Positions 9,692-19,740 of a DNA stretch of 64,000 bases are shown here, in pieces. Location: positions 40 through 64,039 of the forward strand of contig JBKPCB010000070.1 of the NCBI GenBank assembly GCA_046727155.1. The letters are read 5' to 3'. This DNA comes from Candidatus Methylomirabilota bacterium (GTDB taxonomy: Bacteria; Methylomirabilota; Methylomirabilia; Rokubacteriales; CSP1-6). The position numbers and the translations under genes are program-made. The notes beneath the pieces were generated by a model. That model made no database searches and was not told the DNA's origin. It saw nothing but the letters and a program-made list of their open reading frames with translations. Positions within the stretch are counted from its first letter, which is position 1. Every line of letters begins with the position of its first letter.

Positions 9692-10743
9692 CCGACCTGA
9701 CGCATGTCCTGATCAGGGAAGGCGCCACGCTGCGCCAGGTGCTCGAGGCCATGACCCGAAGCGGGAAGCAAATCGTTTTGGTCGTCGATGTCGACCGGCG
9801 CCTCGTTGGGGTCGTCACCGATGGCGACGTCCGCCGAGCGATGCTTCGCGGCGCCACGCTCGACGCCAAGGTCGAGGAAGTGGTCAACCGCAAACCCCTG
9901 ACCTTCCCGGCCGGTCTGCCGCCCGCCGAGGCCCTCGCCGTCATGCGGGATCGCTCCGTGCGTCACCTCCCCGTGCTCGACGCCGACCATCGCGTGCTGG
10001 GCCTCCTACGACTCGAGGATTTACTCGCACCGCCGCCGCTGACAGCCCGCGCCGTGATCATGGCTGGCGGGGAGGGCAGGCGCCTCAAGCCATTGACCGA
10101 GGCCACTCCCAAGCCGCTGATCGCTGTTGGCGGCAAGCCGCTGATCGAAATCATGATCGAGCGGCTTCGGCAGTCCGGCATCGCCAGCGTGCTGATCGCG
10201 GTGCACCACAAGGCGGACATGATCCGCGACCGGCTGGGCGACGGCTCACGGCTTGGGGTGACCATCGAATACATCGAGGAGCCCGAGCCGCTGGGCACGA
10301 TGGGGGCCCTGCCGCTCATGCGCGAGCGGCTCGATGCGCCCTTCTTCGTTGTCAATGCCGACATCCTGACCAAGTGCGACTTCCGCGCGATGTGGGACTA
10401 CCACCGGGGCCTGGAGTACCCCGCCATGACCGTCGGCGTGTCGCTGCACCAGGTGGACATTCCCTATGGCGAGTTCACGTTGCACGAAGGCCGGGTCACA
10501 CGGGTGGAGGAAAAGCCCCGCAAAGAATTCCCGGTCAATGCGGGGATCTATCTGCTCGACCCGTCGGCCATCGATCTGATCCCGGCGGGAGAGTACTTCG
10601 ACGCAACGGACATGATCCGCGCGCTGGTGGACCGGGGCAAGTTCGTCGCGGCCCACCTGATCCGCGAATACTGGCTGGACGTCGGTCGGGCTCACGACCT
10701 CGAAAAAGCCAACCGAGATGTTGCCGAGGGGCTGCTCGACTGA
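9688..10743 (+). CDS. CBS-domain nucleotidyltransferase (PtmE-like sugar-1-phosphate guanylyltransferase)
   Basis: N-terminal CBS pair (GVVTDGDVRR), then AVIMAGGEGRRLKPLT..PKPL, E.EPLGT, NADILT, NAGIY, W.DVG. Confidence 0.88.
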   Translation: MTDLTHVLIREGATLRQVLEAMTRSGKQIVLVVDVDRRLVGVVTDGDVRRAMLRGATLDAKVEEVVNRKPLTFPAGLPPAEALAVMRDRSVRHLPVLDADHRVLGLLRLEDLLAPPPLTARAVIMAGGEGRRLKPLTEATPKPLIAVGGKPLIEIMIERLRQSGIASVLIAVHHKADMIRDRLGDGSRLGVTIEYIEEPEPLGTMGALPLMRERLDAPFFVVNADILTKCDFRAMWDYHRGLEYPAMTVGVSLHQVDIPYGEFTLHEGRVTRVEEKPRKEFPVNAGIYLLDPSAIDLIPAGEYFDATDMIRALVDRGKFVAAHLIREYWLDVGRAHDLEKANRDVAEGLLD

Positions 10744-10745
10744 TC

Positions 10746-12038
10746 ATGAGCACGGTCGGCATCGTCGGTCTTGGCTACGTGGGCCTCACGCTGGCGGTGA
10801 CGCTGGCGCGCAAGGGCTTCACCGTTCACGGCGTGGATTCTTCGCCGCGAGTGCTGGAGGCGCTGGCGCAGAAGCGCCCGCACCTATTCGAGCCCGGCGT
10901 CGAGGAGGGGCTGCAGGCCTATCTGGGCGAGCGGCTCTTCGTGGGGCCGACGCTGCCCGAGCGCGGGATCGAGGCCGTGATCCTCTGCGTGTCCACTCCC
11001 GTCGATCCCGAGAACCACGCTCCACAGCTCGAGAACCTGAGACTGGCCGCCCGTCACATCGCCGAGCGCTGTGCCGACGGGACTCTGGTGATCGTCCGCT
11101 CCACGGTGCCCGTCGGGGCGAGCCGCGCTGTCGTGCTGCCAGAACTGAAGGCAAAGTGGCGGCGGCCTCGGCTTGCGTTCGCTCCCGAGCGGACCATCCA
11201 GGGCCAGGCGCTGCGTGAGCTTGAGGAGCTGCCCCAGGTCGTGGGCGGGCTCGACGGCGAAAGCCTCGATCTGGCCGCGGCGCTCTTCTCCCGCGTCACG
11301 CGGAAGATCGTGACCGTAGCGTCGCTCGAGGCGGCCGAGCTGGTCAAGCTCGTCAACAACTGCCACACGGACCTGATCTACTCCTATGGCAATGAGGTCG
11401 CGCTGATGGCCGAGCGCTGGGGCCTCGATCCGCTGGAGGTGATCCGGGCCGCGAACCTCGATTACCCGCGCCCCGATCTGGCCAAGCCGGGCTTCGTGGG
11501 CGGCGGCTGTCTTTCCAAGGACCCCTATATCCTCATGAGCGCCGCGGCGGCCGCGGGCTACGAGCCCTGGCTCGTCGGCCGGGCGCGGGGTCTGAACGAG
11601 CGACTGCCGATTCACGTCGCCGAGCGGCTCGTGGGGCTGATCCGCGAGACTCGCGGCCGCGCCGAGGGCGCCCGGCTCGCGGTCTTCGGCTGGGCCTACA
11701 AGGGCTGGCCGCCCACCGACGACATGCGGGGCACGCCCATCGAGCCCATGCTCCCCATCTTTCGGGCCGCCGGGCTCACCCTGCGCGGCCACGACTTCCT
11801 CGTGCGGCCCGAGGTGATCCGCAGCCTCGGCGCCGAGCCGATGACGCCTGAGGCGGCCTTCGCCGGCGCCGACGCGGTGCTGGTCGTCACCAATCATCCC
11901 GAGTACGCCAAGCTCGACCTAGGCCGGCTCCTGCCCACGCTGAAGCGGCCGGCCGCGCTCTTCGACGCTTGGCGCATCCTCGACGAGGAGGTCGTGCGCG
12001 CCGCCGGGGTTCGCTACGCGGGGATCGGCTATGGCTAA
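10746..12038 (+). CDS. Nucleotide-sugar 6-dehydrogenase (UDP-GlcNAc/ManNAc dehydrogenase family)
   Basis: GLGYVG, RSTVP, PER, KLVNN, GGGCLSKDP with catalytic Cys, DDMRGTP. Confidence 0.92.
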   Translation: MSTVGIVGLGYVGLTLAVTLARKGFTVHGVDSSPRVLEALAQKRPHLFEPGVEEGLQAYLGERLFVGPTLPERGIEAVILCVSTPVDPENHAPQLENLRLAARHIAERCADGTLVIVRSTVPVGASRAVVLPELKAKWRRPRLAFAPERTIQGQALRELEELPQVVGGLDGESLDLAAALFSRVTRKIVTVASLEAAELVKLVNNCHTDLIYSYGNEVALMAERWGLDPLEVIRAANLDYPRPDLAKPGFVGGGCLSKDPYILMSAAAAAGYEPWLVGRARGLNERLPIHVAERLVGLIRETRGRAEGARLAVFGWAYKGWPPTDDMRGTPIEPMLPIFRAAGLTLRGHDFLVRPEVIRSLGAEPMTPEAAFAGADAVLVVTNHPEYAKLDLGRLLPTLKRPAALFDAWRILDEEVVRAAGVRYAGIGYG

Positions 12039-13017
12039 GGCCCTGATCCTCGGAGGCGCGGGCTTCATCGGATATCACCTGGCGTCGCGGCTGGCCGGGG
12101 AAGGGCATGCGCTCACCCTGGTGGACGATCTCTCGCGCGGCCGTCGCGATCACGAGCTCGACGCGCTCTGCTCCCGGCCCAACGTGACGTTCATCCAGGC
12201 CGATCTGACGAGCCCGGGCGCGCTCGACGGCCTCCCGCGCGATTGGAGCCAGGTTCATATGCTGGCCGCCGTGGTCGGGGTCCGCAACGTGGAAACCGAT
12301 CCGGCGCGCGTGATCCGGGTCAATACCCTCGCCCTCATGAATGTGCTCGACTGGCTGCCCGGGCGCGGCGAGATCCTCTTCTTCGCCTCGACCAGCGAGA
12401 CCTATGCCTCCGGCGTGATGGGCGGCAGCGTGCCGGTGCCGACGCCGGAGGACGTGCCGCTCTCGGTCTCGGACGTGACGGCCCCGCGGTTTGCCTATGC
12501 GGCGAGCAAGATCCTGGGCGAGGCGGCCGTGGTTCACACCGCGAGGGCGCGCGGGCTGAAATACGTCATCGGCCGCTTCCACAATGTCTACGGCCCGCGA
12601 ATGGGCGCCGATCACGTCATCTCGGAGCTTTCGCTTCGCGCCGCCCGTCGCGAGGACCCCTTCAGGCTCTACGGCGCCGAGCAGCGGCGGGCCTTTTGCC
12701 ACGTGGCCGATGCCGTGGAGGCGGTAACGCGGCTGGTCGCGACGGAGGCGGCCTGGGGCCGGATCGTCAATATCGGCAATGACGCCGAGGAGACCAGGGT
12801 CGAGGACCTGCTGCGGCTGGTTCTCGCGGCGGCGGCGTTCAAACCCAGGATCGTCCGGATGCCCGCCCCCGCGGGGTCGGTGGCCCGGCGCTGCCCCGAC
12901 ATCGGCCGGCTGCGCTCGCTCACCGGGTTCACGCCCAAAGTGTCGCTCGAGGCGGGCGTGAAGGAGACGTTCGAGTGGTACCGCGCCTCCTGGGAGCGGG
13001 AAGGAGCGCGGCCGTGA
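12031..13017 (+). CDS. NAD-dependent epimerase/dehydratase (extended SDR)
   Basis: GGAGFIG, STSETY, YAASK (YxxxK), RFHNVYGPR. Confidence 0.9.
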   Translation: MAKALILGGAGFIGYHLASRLAGEGHALTLVDDLSRGRRDHELDALCSRPNVTFIQADLTSPGALDGLPRDWSQVHMLAAVVGVRNVETDPARVIRVNTLALMNVLDWLPGRGEILFFASTSETYASGVMGGSVPVPTPEDVPLSVSDVTAPRFAYAASKILGEAAVVHTARARGLKYVIGRFHNVYGPRMGADHVISELSLRAARREDPFRLYGAEQRRAFCHVADAVEAVTRLVATEAAWGRIVNIGNDAEETRVEDLLRLVLAAAAFKPRIVRMPAPAGSVARRCPDIGRLRSLTGFTPKVSLEAGVKETFEWYRASWEREGARP

Positions 13018-14180
13018 GCGACTCGCGCCGGATCATCCCCAATGCCGTGCCCCACCTCGCGGGAAACGAGTGGAAGTACGTCAAGGAGTGTCTCGATACC
13101 AACTGGGTGTCGTCGGCGGGACCATTCGTCGAGCGCTTTGAGCGCGAGGTGGCCGCCTATGTCGGTGTGCCTCACGCGGTAGCCACGGTGAACGGCACCG
13201 CGGCTCTCCACGCGGCGCTGCTCGCCGCGGGCGTGGAGCCGGGCGACGAGGTGCTGCTGCCCACGCTCACCTTCATCGCCACGGCCAATGCCGTCGCTTA
13301 TTGCGGCGCCCACCCGGTCTTTCTCGACTCGGAGCGCGCGTCGTGGGGGCTCGACGCGGAGAAAACCGCGGACTTCCTCTCGCGCGAATGCGCGGTCAAG
13401 GACGGCCGCGTGGTGAACCGCGCCACCGGCCGAGTCGTCCGCGCGCTGATGCCGGTGCACCTCTACGGGCACCCTTGCGATCTCGATCCGCTGCTGGCGC
13501 TCGCGCAGCGCTTTCCGCTGGCCGTGGTGGAGGATTCCGCCGAGGCCCTCGGCGCCCGGTACAAGGGCCGGCGCGCTGGAGCTGACGGGCTGGCTGGCTG
13601 CCTGTCGTTCAACGGCAACAAGATCATCACCTCGGGCGGAGGCGGCATGGTGCTGACCCGGGACGAGGGGCTGGCGGCGCGCGTCCGGGCGCTGACCACC
13701 CAGGCGCGGGGTGACGCGCTCGAATTCGTCCACGACGAGGTCGGCTTCAACTACCGGCTCACCAATCTCCAGGCTGCCCTCGGCGTGGCCCAGCTCGAGC
13801 AGCTTGACGGCTTCATCGAGGACAAGCGCGCGACGGCCGCGCACTACGCGCGGGCTCTGGGCGAGATCGAGGGCGTCAGCGTGTTCACCGAGGCGCCCTG
13901 GGCGCGGAGCACGTACTGGATGGCCTCGGTGCTGCTCGACGGCCACCGTTGCGCCGATGTGCGCGCCTTCCTTCGCGATCTCAACGCGGCGGGTATTGAG
14001 GCCCGGCCGCTCTGGCGACCGCTCCACCTGCAGCCGGCCTTCGCAGCGGCGCAATCCTATCGGGTCGAGGTGGCGGCGGAGCTCTACGAGCGGGGCCTCT
14101 CGCTGCCCTGTTCGGTGGGGATCACGCCGGCGGACCGCGATACCGTGGTTCGCGAGCTGGTCGCGCGGCTGAGCCCATGA
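13014..14180 (+). CDS. legC: LegC-family DegT/DnrJ sugar aminotransferase
   Basis: VP.LAGNEWKYVKECLDTNWVSSAG, VNGTAALH, EDSAEALG, SFNGNKIITSGGGG, HDEVGFNYR, ARPLW. Confidence 0.88.
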   Translation: MSDSRRIIPNAVPHLAGNEWKYVKECLDTNWVSSAGPFVERFEREVAAYVGVPHAVATVNGTAALHAALLAAGVEPGDEVLLPTLTFIATANAVAYCGAHPVFLDSERASWGLDAEKTADFLSRECAVKDGRVVNRATGRVVRALMPVHLYGHPCDLDPLLALAQRFPLAVVEDSAEALGARYKGRRAGADGLAGCLSFNGNKIITSGGGGMVLTRDEGLAARVRALTTQARGDALEFVHDEVGFNYRLTNLQAALGVAQLEQLDGFIEDKRATAAHYARALGEIEGVSVFTEAPWARSTYWMASVLLDGHRCADVRAFLRDLNAAGIEARPLWRPLHLQPAFAAAQSYRVEVAAELYERGLSLPCSVGITPADRDTVVRELVARLSP

Positions 14181-15019
14181 CTCCCGAGATCTCAGAGACG
14201 GCACCGGCGGCCGCCGGCCCGCAGTCAGGCTGGCCGGAGCCGGTGAGGCGCCGGCTCACCGACTACTACACGCGCTACTACCGCGACGCCCTCGGCATCC
14301 CGAGCTGGCGCGAGCTGGTGGCGACCCGGATGGACGAGGAGGCCTATGAGGCCGGTCATCTGGCGCGCGTCGAGCGGCTGCTGGGACGATCGCTCGCCGG
14401 CCTGAATGTCCTCAACGTGGGGTGCGGGACGGGCGGCTTCACCGTGACGGCGCGGCGAGCGGGCGCGCGGTGCGTCGGGGTGGACGCCGAGCCCGATGCC
14501 GTCGCGATCTGCCGGCTGAAGGCCGAGCGTGGCGGCCCCTCCGCCATCCTCGGCGCCGCCGAGGCGCTCCCGTTCCGCGGCGGGGCCTTCGATCTGGCCT
14601 ACTGCTTCTCCACTCTCGAACACGTCGCCGACGTCCGTGCCGCGGTCCGTGAGATGGTCCGTGTGACGCGGCCCGGCGGCGCCGTCTACGTCCACGGGCC
14701 CAACGCGCTGGCCTGCTACGAGGGGCATTACAAGCTCTTCTGGCTGCCGCGCATGCCCAAGGCCCTCGCCCGCTGGTACCTCCGGCTCCGCGGGCGCCCC
14801 ACGGGCTTCGTGGACACGCTCAACCCCCTGCTCGGCGGCCGCATCCGGCGGCTCTTCAGCGCGGCCGGCGCGCGGCCCGCGGCAGTGCCGGCGGACGACG
14901 CCTTGCCGCGGGAATCGGGCAGCCCGCTCTGGCCGCTGGTGCGCGCCTACTACCGCCTCTTCGGCGTCTCGCCGAGCATCGAGATCCTGGCGCTGAAGGG
15001 GCCGGACGCGAAGGCGTGA
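14177..15019 (+). CDS. Class I SAM-dependent methyltransferase
   Basis: VLNVGCGTGG, LPF..GAFD, LEHV, RPGG. Confidence 0.88.
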   Translation: MTPEISETAPAAAGPQSGWPEPVRRRLTDYYTRYYRDALGIPSWRELVATRMDEEAYEAGHLARVERLLGRSLAGLNVLNVGCGTGGFTVTARRAGARCVGVDAEPDAVAICRLKAERGGPSAILGAAEALPFRGGAFDLAYCFSTLEHVADVRAAVREMVRVTRPGGAVYVHGPNALACYEGHYKLFWLPRMPKALARWYLRLRGRPTGFVDTLNPLLGGRIRRLFSAAGARPAAVPADDALPRESGSPLWPLVRAYYRLFGVSPSIEILALKGPDAKA

Positions 15020-15023
15020 GGAC

Positions 15024-15809
15024 ATGACGGGCGCGGCGGTCGCGCTCCGGATGGACGACGTCGGCGCCGCCTCCAAGCGCAACGAGGTGTACGGGATCAC
15101 CCGCCTGCGCGTGGGCCCACTCGCCGTGCCGTTTCCCGGCAATCTGCTTTTTCTCAAGTACCTGCCGCCCATCAAGCGATGGGGACCCTACCGCGAGCTT
15201 GACGCGCGCGACTGGCAGGCGGTACTCGACCTGCTCGCCGCTCGGGGCTCCCGGATGACGGTGGGAGTCACGGCGGGGAGGGTGGAGACCGACGGAAGCG
15301 TGACACCGTATCCGAAGAAATTCCGGGAGGCGAGCCGGCTCGTGCGAGAAGGCGTGGAGCGCGGCCTGCTGGAGGTGGCCAACCACGGCTACACCCACTG
15401 CGTGCTGCAGGACGGCCGCTTTCGGCCGCGCTGGTTCAGCGGCAACCGGGCGGACCATCGGGAGTTCTACGACTGGCTGCCAGAGGGCGTTCACCAAGAG
15501 CACCTGCGCCGCGCGCAAGACATCCTCCAGGGATTCCTCGGCCGCGCGGTGGTGACTCTGGTGCCGCCCGGCAACGTGCTCTCCCGCAAGACGCTGGCCG
15601 CGGCGGCGAAGGCCGGCATCCGCTACGTCTCCTGTCTGGGCGCCGAGCGATGGGCGCCTGCCAACGGCCTGCGGCTGGTCGACGACTCGCGCGTCATGGC
15701 CTTTCACGACCGCGACGTCGTGCGGGGCGGACGGGCGTGGCTCGACCGGGCGCTTGCGGGGGCGCCGCCGGGCGGCTTCAGAACCATCGGAGAGGTGGCC
15801 GCGGCGTGA
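15024..15809 (+). CDS. Polysaccharide deacetylase-like protein (NodB/DUF2334-like)
   Basis: [22 protein letters not shown]. Confidence 0.7.
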   Translation: MTGAAVALRMDDVGAASKRNEVYGITRLRVGPLAVPFPGNLLFLKYLPPIKRWGPYRELDARDWQAVLDLLAARGSRMTVGVTAGRVETDGSVTPYPKKFREASRLVREGVERGLLEVANHGYTHCVLQDGRFRPRWFSGNRADHREFYDWLPEGVHQEHLRRAQDILQGFLGRAVVTLVPPGNVLSRKTLAAAAKAGIRYVSCLGAERWAPANGLRLVDDSRVMAFHDRDVVRGGRAWLDRALAGAPPGGFRTIGEVAAA

Positions 15810-17089
15810 AGATCTGCCTGGCCAACGAGTACTTCCCGCCCCATGCTCCGGGCGGCGCCGAGTGGAGCACGGAGGCGCTGGCCCGCGCCCTGGCCGGGCG
15901 CGGGCTCGGCGTGGTCGTGGTCACGCCGAATTACGGCGCCGCCGCGCTCGAGGAGCGGGACGGCTTCCGGGTGCGGCGCTTCCCGTTCCCGGTGAAGCGC
16001 CCGCCGGGCCGTGGCGTCTTGCCTCCCCGCGTCTTCCAGAACCCGCTCTTCGCGCTGTGGGCCGGAGTCCAACTGGGCCGCCTCGCCCGGGCGGAGCGGG
16101 TGGACGTGATCCACGCCCAGAACAAGCACATGCTCCTGCCGGGGCTCATCGCCCGAGCGATGTCGGGCGCGCCCCTGCTGCTCACCATTCGCGACGGCAG
16201 CCTCATCGACGCGGCGCCCATGTGCCTGCACCACGGCGACCGCCGGCCCGACGACTGCGGGTTCCGCAAGCTCTGGCACGAGTGCTCCGAAGAATACTTC
16301 ACCCTCTACGCGGCCGGCCGGCGCTCGCGGCTGCGGACAAAGCTGGGGTTCCTCGTGGGCTGGCTCGATGCCTGCTTCAAGCAGCGCTTTCTGCGGCGCG
16401 CCGACGCGGTGGTCGGGGTGAGCGACGGCATCCTCGACATCTATCGCCGCTCCGGCCTTCTCGAGGGCGCGGGGCGCGTACGAGTCATCCCCACCGTCCC
16501 GCCGATGGTCCCCGCCGCTTCCGAGGAGCGTGCCGAGGCCGTCCGCCGGGCCCACGGTTTCAAGGACCGGCGCGTCGTGCTCTACGTGGGCAAGTTCTCC
16601 CCCGGCAAGGGCACGGCCGACTTCGTGGCGGCCGCCGAGCGCGTGGCACCCGCCCTGCCGGACGCCCTGTTCGTCCTGGTGGGCGACGGGCCGCTCGCTG
16701 CGCCGGCGGCGCCCTCGATCCGTCGGCTCGGCCCGCTGCCCAATGCCGAGGTGCTCGCGCTGTACGCCGCGGCCGACGTGGTGGTGGTGCCATCGGTGAT
16801 CCCCGACTCGCTGAGCCGGGTAATCCTCGAAGCGATGGCGGCGGGGCGCCCGGTGATCGGCACCCGGGTGGGCGGCACTCCTGAATTGGTCGTGGATGGC
16901 GTCACCGGGCTGCTGGTCGAGCGCGCAGATCCGGATGGCCTGGCGCGGGCCATCGAGAAGCTCCTGACCGACGAGGCGCTGCGCCGCGCCCTCGGCACCG
17001 AGGCCCGGCGCCGGGTGGAGGAGCGGTTCGGCGCCGCGACGAGCGTGGATCGTCTCCTGGCCCTTTACGACGAGGTGACACGCGGATGA
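15806..17089 (+). CDS. Glycosyltransferase family 4
   Basis: [43 protein letters not shown]. Confidence 0.92.
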   Translation: MKICLANEYFPPHAPGGAEWSTEALARALAGRGLGVVVVTPNYGAAALEERDGFRVRRFPFPVKRPPGRGVLPPRVFQNPLFALWAGVQLGRLARAERVDVIHAQNKHMLLPGLIARAMSGAPLLLTIRDGSLIDAAPMCLHHGDRRPDDCGFRKLWHECSEEYFTLYAAGRRSRLRTKLGFLVGWLDACFKQRFLRRADAVVGVSDGILDIYRRSGLLEGAGRVRVIPTVPPMVPAASEERAEAVRRAHGFKDRRVVLYVGKFSPGKGTADFVAAAERVAPALPDALFVLVGDGPLAAPAAPSIRRLGPLPNAEVLALYAAADVVVVPSVIPDSLSRVILEAMAAGRPVIGTRVGGTPELVVDGVTGLLVERADPDGLARAIEKLLTDEALRRALGTEARRRVEERFGAATSVDRLLALYDEVTRG

Positions 17090-17748
17090 AGGGACCGGCC
17101 CTCGGCGTCTCCTACCGCCGCGCTCTGCTCGACGCCGAACTCGGGCGTCTCGTCGGCGGCTTCGGGGGCGTGGTGCTCGACGTGGGCGGGCGGCGCATTC
17201 GTCGCGGCCGCTTTCGCCCTCCGCAAGAGCGCGTGAAGCGGTGGATCCTGCTCAATGTAGATCCCGCCGCCGAGCCGGACATCCTGGCCACGGCCGAGGC
17301 CCTGCCGGTCCGCTCGGCGTCGGTGGACCGCATCCTCTGCCAGGAGGTGATCCAGTACGTGGACCGCTACGAGAGCATGCTGGCCGAGTTCCGGCGCGTC
17401 CTTGCGCCGTCGGGCGAGGTGGTCCTCTCGGCGCCGCTCCTTCACCGGCTCGACCACGCCAGTGATCGCCAGCGCTTCTCGGCGGGCCGCCTCGTCGAGC
17501 TGTTCGAGCGCGCCGACTTCCAGGTGGTGAGCGTGACTCAGCAGGGACGGTTCTTCACCACGCTGGCCCACATGCTCCGCCAGGCGGCGGCCCAGCTGCG
17601 CTCCCGCCCGCTGCGCGCCCTGATCGCCGTGCCGCTGCTCCCGGTCGGAGCCTGCCTCCGGGTGCTCGACCGGATGCCCGCCACCGCGCGCTCCGCCTTT
17701 CTCTCGAGCTACACCACGGGCTACGTCGTCCGGGCGCGCCGGCCATGA
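17086..17748 (+). CDS. Methyltransferase type 11-like protein (degenerate motif I)
   Basis: VLDVGG, LNVD, ALPV..ASVD.ILC.EVI, LAPSG.V.LSAP. Confidence 0.75.
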   Translation: MKGPALGVSYRRALLDAELGRLVGGFGGVVLDVGGRRIRRGRFRPPQERVKRWILLNVDPAAEPDILATAEALPVRSASVDRILCQEVIQYVDRYESMLAEFRRVLAPSGEVVLSAPLLHRLDHASDRQRFSAGRLVELFERADFQVVSVTQQGRFFTTLAHMLRQAAAQLRSRPLRALIAVPLLPVGACLRVLDRMPATARSAFLSSYTTGYVVRARRP

Positions 17749-17797
17749 GGCGGCAGCGGCGGTGTCGTATGATGGGGCCTTCCATGACGGTGGCTCG

Positions 17798-18955
17798 ATG
17801 ACACCCGCGCTGCGAATCTGCACGCCCCACTGCGGCGTGGCCCCCGAGACCACCTCCGGCGGCGAGACTTACGAGCGCGAGCTGCTGGTGCGTCTCGGCC
17901 GGGCCGGGATGCGCATCGAGATCATCCTCGCCCGCGGCAAGCCTCATCCCGAGAACGCGCTCAATTGGACCGTGCACCGCTTTCCCATAGGCCGCGGGCT
18001 GCGCTGGTACGTCGCGCCGCTGGTCGTGCCCGCGGCGATCAAGCGCGTCCACGATCGCGTCGGCTTCGATCTGCTGCGGGTCCACTCGTTGCGCTATATC
18101 GGTCCCTCGGCGCTCTGGGCCCGCCGTCGCTGGGCGCTCGACGTGCCCATCGTGTCCCATCACCATCACCTCGACCCGAGCCCGCTGAACCGGCTCATCG
18201 AGAAGCGCGTCGTGGAGGCCTCGGACCACGTGGTGGTGGGCAGCGAGTTCGCACGCCGCCAGCTTGCGGCCGAGCTCGGCGCGCGGACGGATCACGTCTC
18301 GGTGGTCTACTACGGCGTGGATCCGGCCTTCGCCCCGCGCCCCCGGCGCCCCGATCTCGTCGAGCGCTACGGCCTGCGGGATCGCCAGGTCGTGCTCTTC
18401 TTCGGCGGGCTCAAGCCCCGGAAGAACCTCTTCCTGCTGCTCGATGCCTGGAAGTCGGTCGCGGCCTCGCGGCCCGAGGCGCGTCTCCTGATAGCCGGTG
18501 GAGGGCCGCTGCTCACGGAGCTCAAGCGTCACGCCGAGCGGCTGGGTCTCGGCGCCGGCGCCGTCTTCACCGGCTACGTGCCCGAGGCCGAGAAGGCCGA
18601 CCACTTCAACCTGGCCGACATCTTCTTCTTCCCGTCGGCCATGGAAGGCTTCGGCTTCAGCGTGGCCGAGGCCATGGCCTCGGGCGTGCCGGTGGTGGCT
18701 TCCGACCGTGGCTCCATCCCCGAGCTGGTGGTGGAGGGCGAAGGCGGCTTCGTCTGCGACCCCGCCCAGCCCGGGCGCTTTGTCGAGCGGCTGCTGCTGC
18801 TCCTGGGCGATCGCGCGCTGCGCGAGAAGCTGGGCGCGGCGAGCCGCGAGCGCGCCCAGCGCCAGTTCCGCTGGGAGGCCTGCGTCGAGGGCACCCGGCG
18901 GGTATACGAGACCATCGTGGCGAAGTGGCGCAGCAGGGCGCGGAGCGCGGCATGA
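17798..18955 (+). CDS. Glycosyltransferase family 4 (start uncertain, 17762-17798)
   Basis: YYGVD, KPRKN, FPS.MEGFG..VAEAMASG.PVVASDRGSIPE. Confidence 0.92.
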   Translation: MTPALRICTPHCGVAPETTSGGETYERELLVRLGRAGMRIEIILARGKPHPENALNWTVHRFPIGRGLRWYVAPLVVPAAIKRVHDRVGFDLLRVHSLRYIGPSALWARRRWALDVPIVSHHHHLDPSPLNRLIEKRVVEASDHVVVGSEFARRQLAAELGARTDHVSVVYYGVDPAFAPRPRRPDLVERYGLRDRQVVLFFGGLKPRKNLFLLLDAWKSVAASRPEARLLIAGGGPLLTELKRHAERLGLGAGAVFTGYVPEAEKADHFNLADIFFFPSAMEGFGFSVAEAMASGVPVVASDRGSIPELVVEGEGGFVCDPAQPGRFVERLLLLLGDRALREKLGAASRERAQRQFRWEACVEGTRRVYETIVAKWRSRARSAA

Positions 18956-19740
18956 CGCGGTTCGGCCGGCTCGTCGTGAGGGGTGTTGACCTCGTCAACC
19001 GCCGTGGCAAGTCGGTGGGTGTCCGGCTCGTTCGCTTGACCGGCAAGCGCTCGTACGCGATCCACCCGAAACATCTCGTGGACCAGCTGTGGCACGACTG
19101 GTACGTGCCGTACCTCAAGCCCGACGACGCCGTGCTCGACGTGGGCTGCAGCAACGGCGCCCACCTGGTCCGAGCGGCCGGGGCCTGCCGCTCGATTGTC
19201 GGCTTCGATTACGATCTGGTCCAGCTCCGGAATGCCGCGCGCGAGATCCGGGAGCGCGGGCTCGGCAATGCCCGCGTCTTCGCCTGGGACATTACCGGCG
19301 CCTTCCCGTTTCCCGCGCGTACCTTCGACGCCGCGCTGTTCCTCGACGTGATCGAGCATCTGGTGCCGCGCGCAGCCGTGCTCCGCGAGATCCACCGGGT
19401 GCTCAAGGACGACGGGCGGCTGCTGGTTTCCGGGCCCAACCGCGAGACCCGCTGGCGGCGGACGCTGCGCGAGGCGGGGCTGTTCGCTTTCTCCGACCCC
19501 GACCACAAGGTCGAGTACACGCGCGAGGAGTTCCTCGCAGAGCTGGCGGCGGCCGGCTTCGAGCCCGACGGTGACGTGATGCCGGTAGTGCTGGACACGC
19601 CCTGGGCCGGCGTGATCGATGCCATAGGCGGACTCTCGCTCTCTCTCTACGCGCGTCTGAGCCGCTGGAAGCGCGAGGCGGCGCTGCGTCGGCCGGAGGA
19701 GAGCACCGGCTTCCGCGTCGTGGCCAGGAAACGAGCCTGA
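18952..19740 (+). CDS. Class I SAM-dependent methyltransferase
   Basis: VLDVGCSNG, FPF...TFD, DVIEHL, LKDDG.LL; ATGA overlap. Confidence 0.88.
   Translation: MTRFGRLVVRGVDLVNRRGKSVGVRLVRLTGKRSYAIHPKHLVDQLWHDWYVPYLKPDDAVLDVGCSNGAHLVRAAGACRSIVGFDYDLVQLRNAAREIRERGLGNARVFAWDITGAFPFPARTFDAALFLDVIEHLVPRAAVLREIHRVLKDDGRLLVSGPNRETRWRRTLREAGLFAFSDPDHKVEYTREEFLAELAAAGFEPDGDVMPVVLDTPWAGVIDAIGGLSLSLYARLSRWKREAALRRPEESTGFRVVARKRA

Noticed and set aside
9028-10745. Long N-terminal extensions implied by the ORF track (9028-10743, 9666-12038; likewise 1306-3072, 29816-32650, 53789-55507)
   Set aside because: The extensions are low-complexity overlaps with upstream genes; real starts coincide with stop/start overlaps, so these are not fusions.
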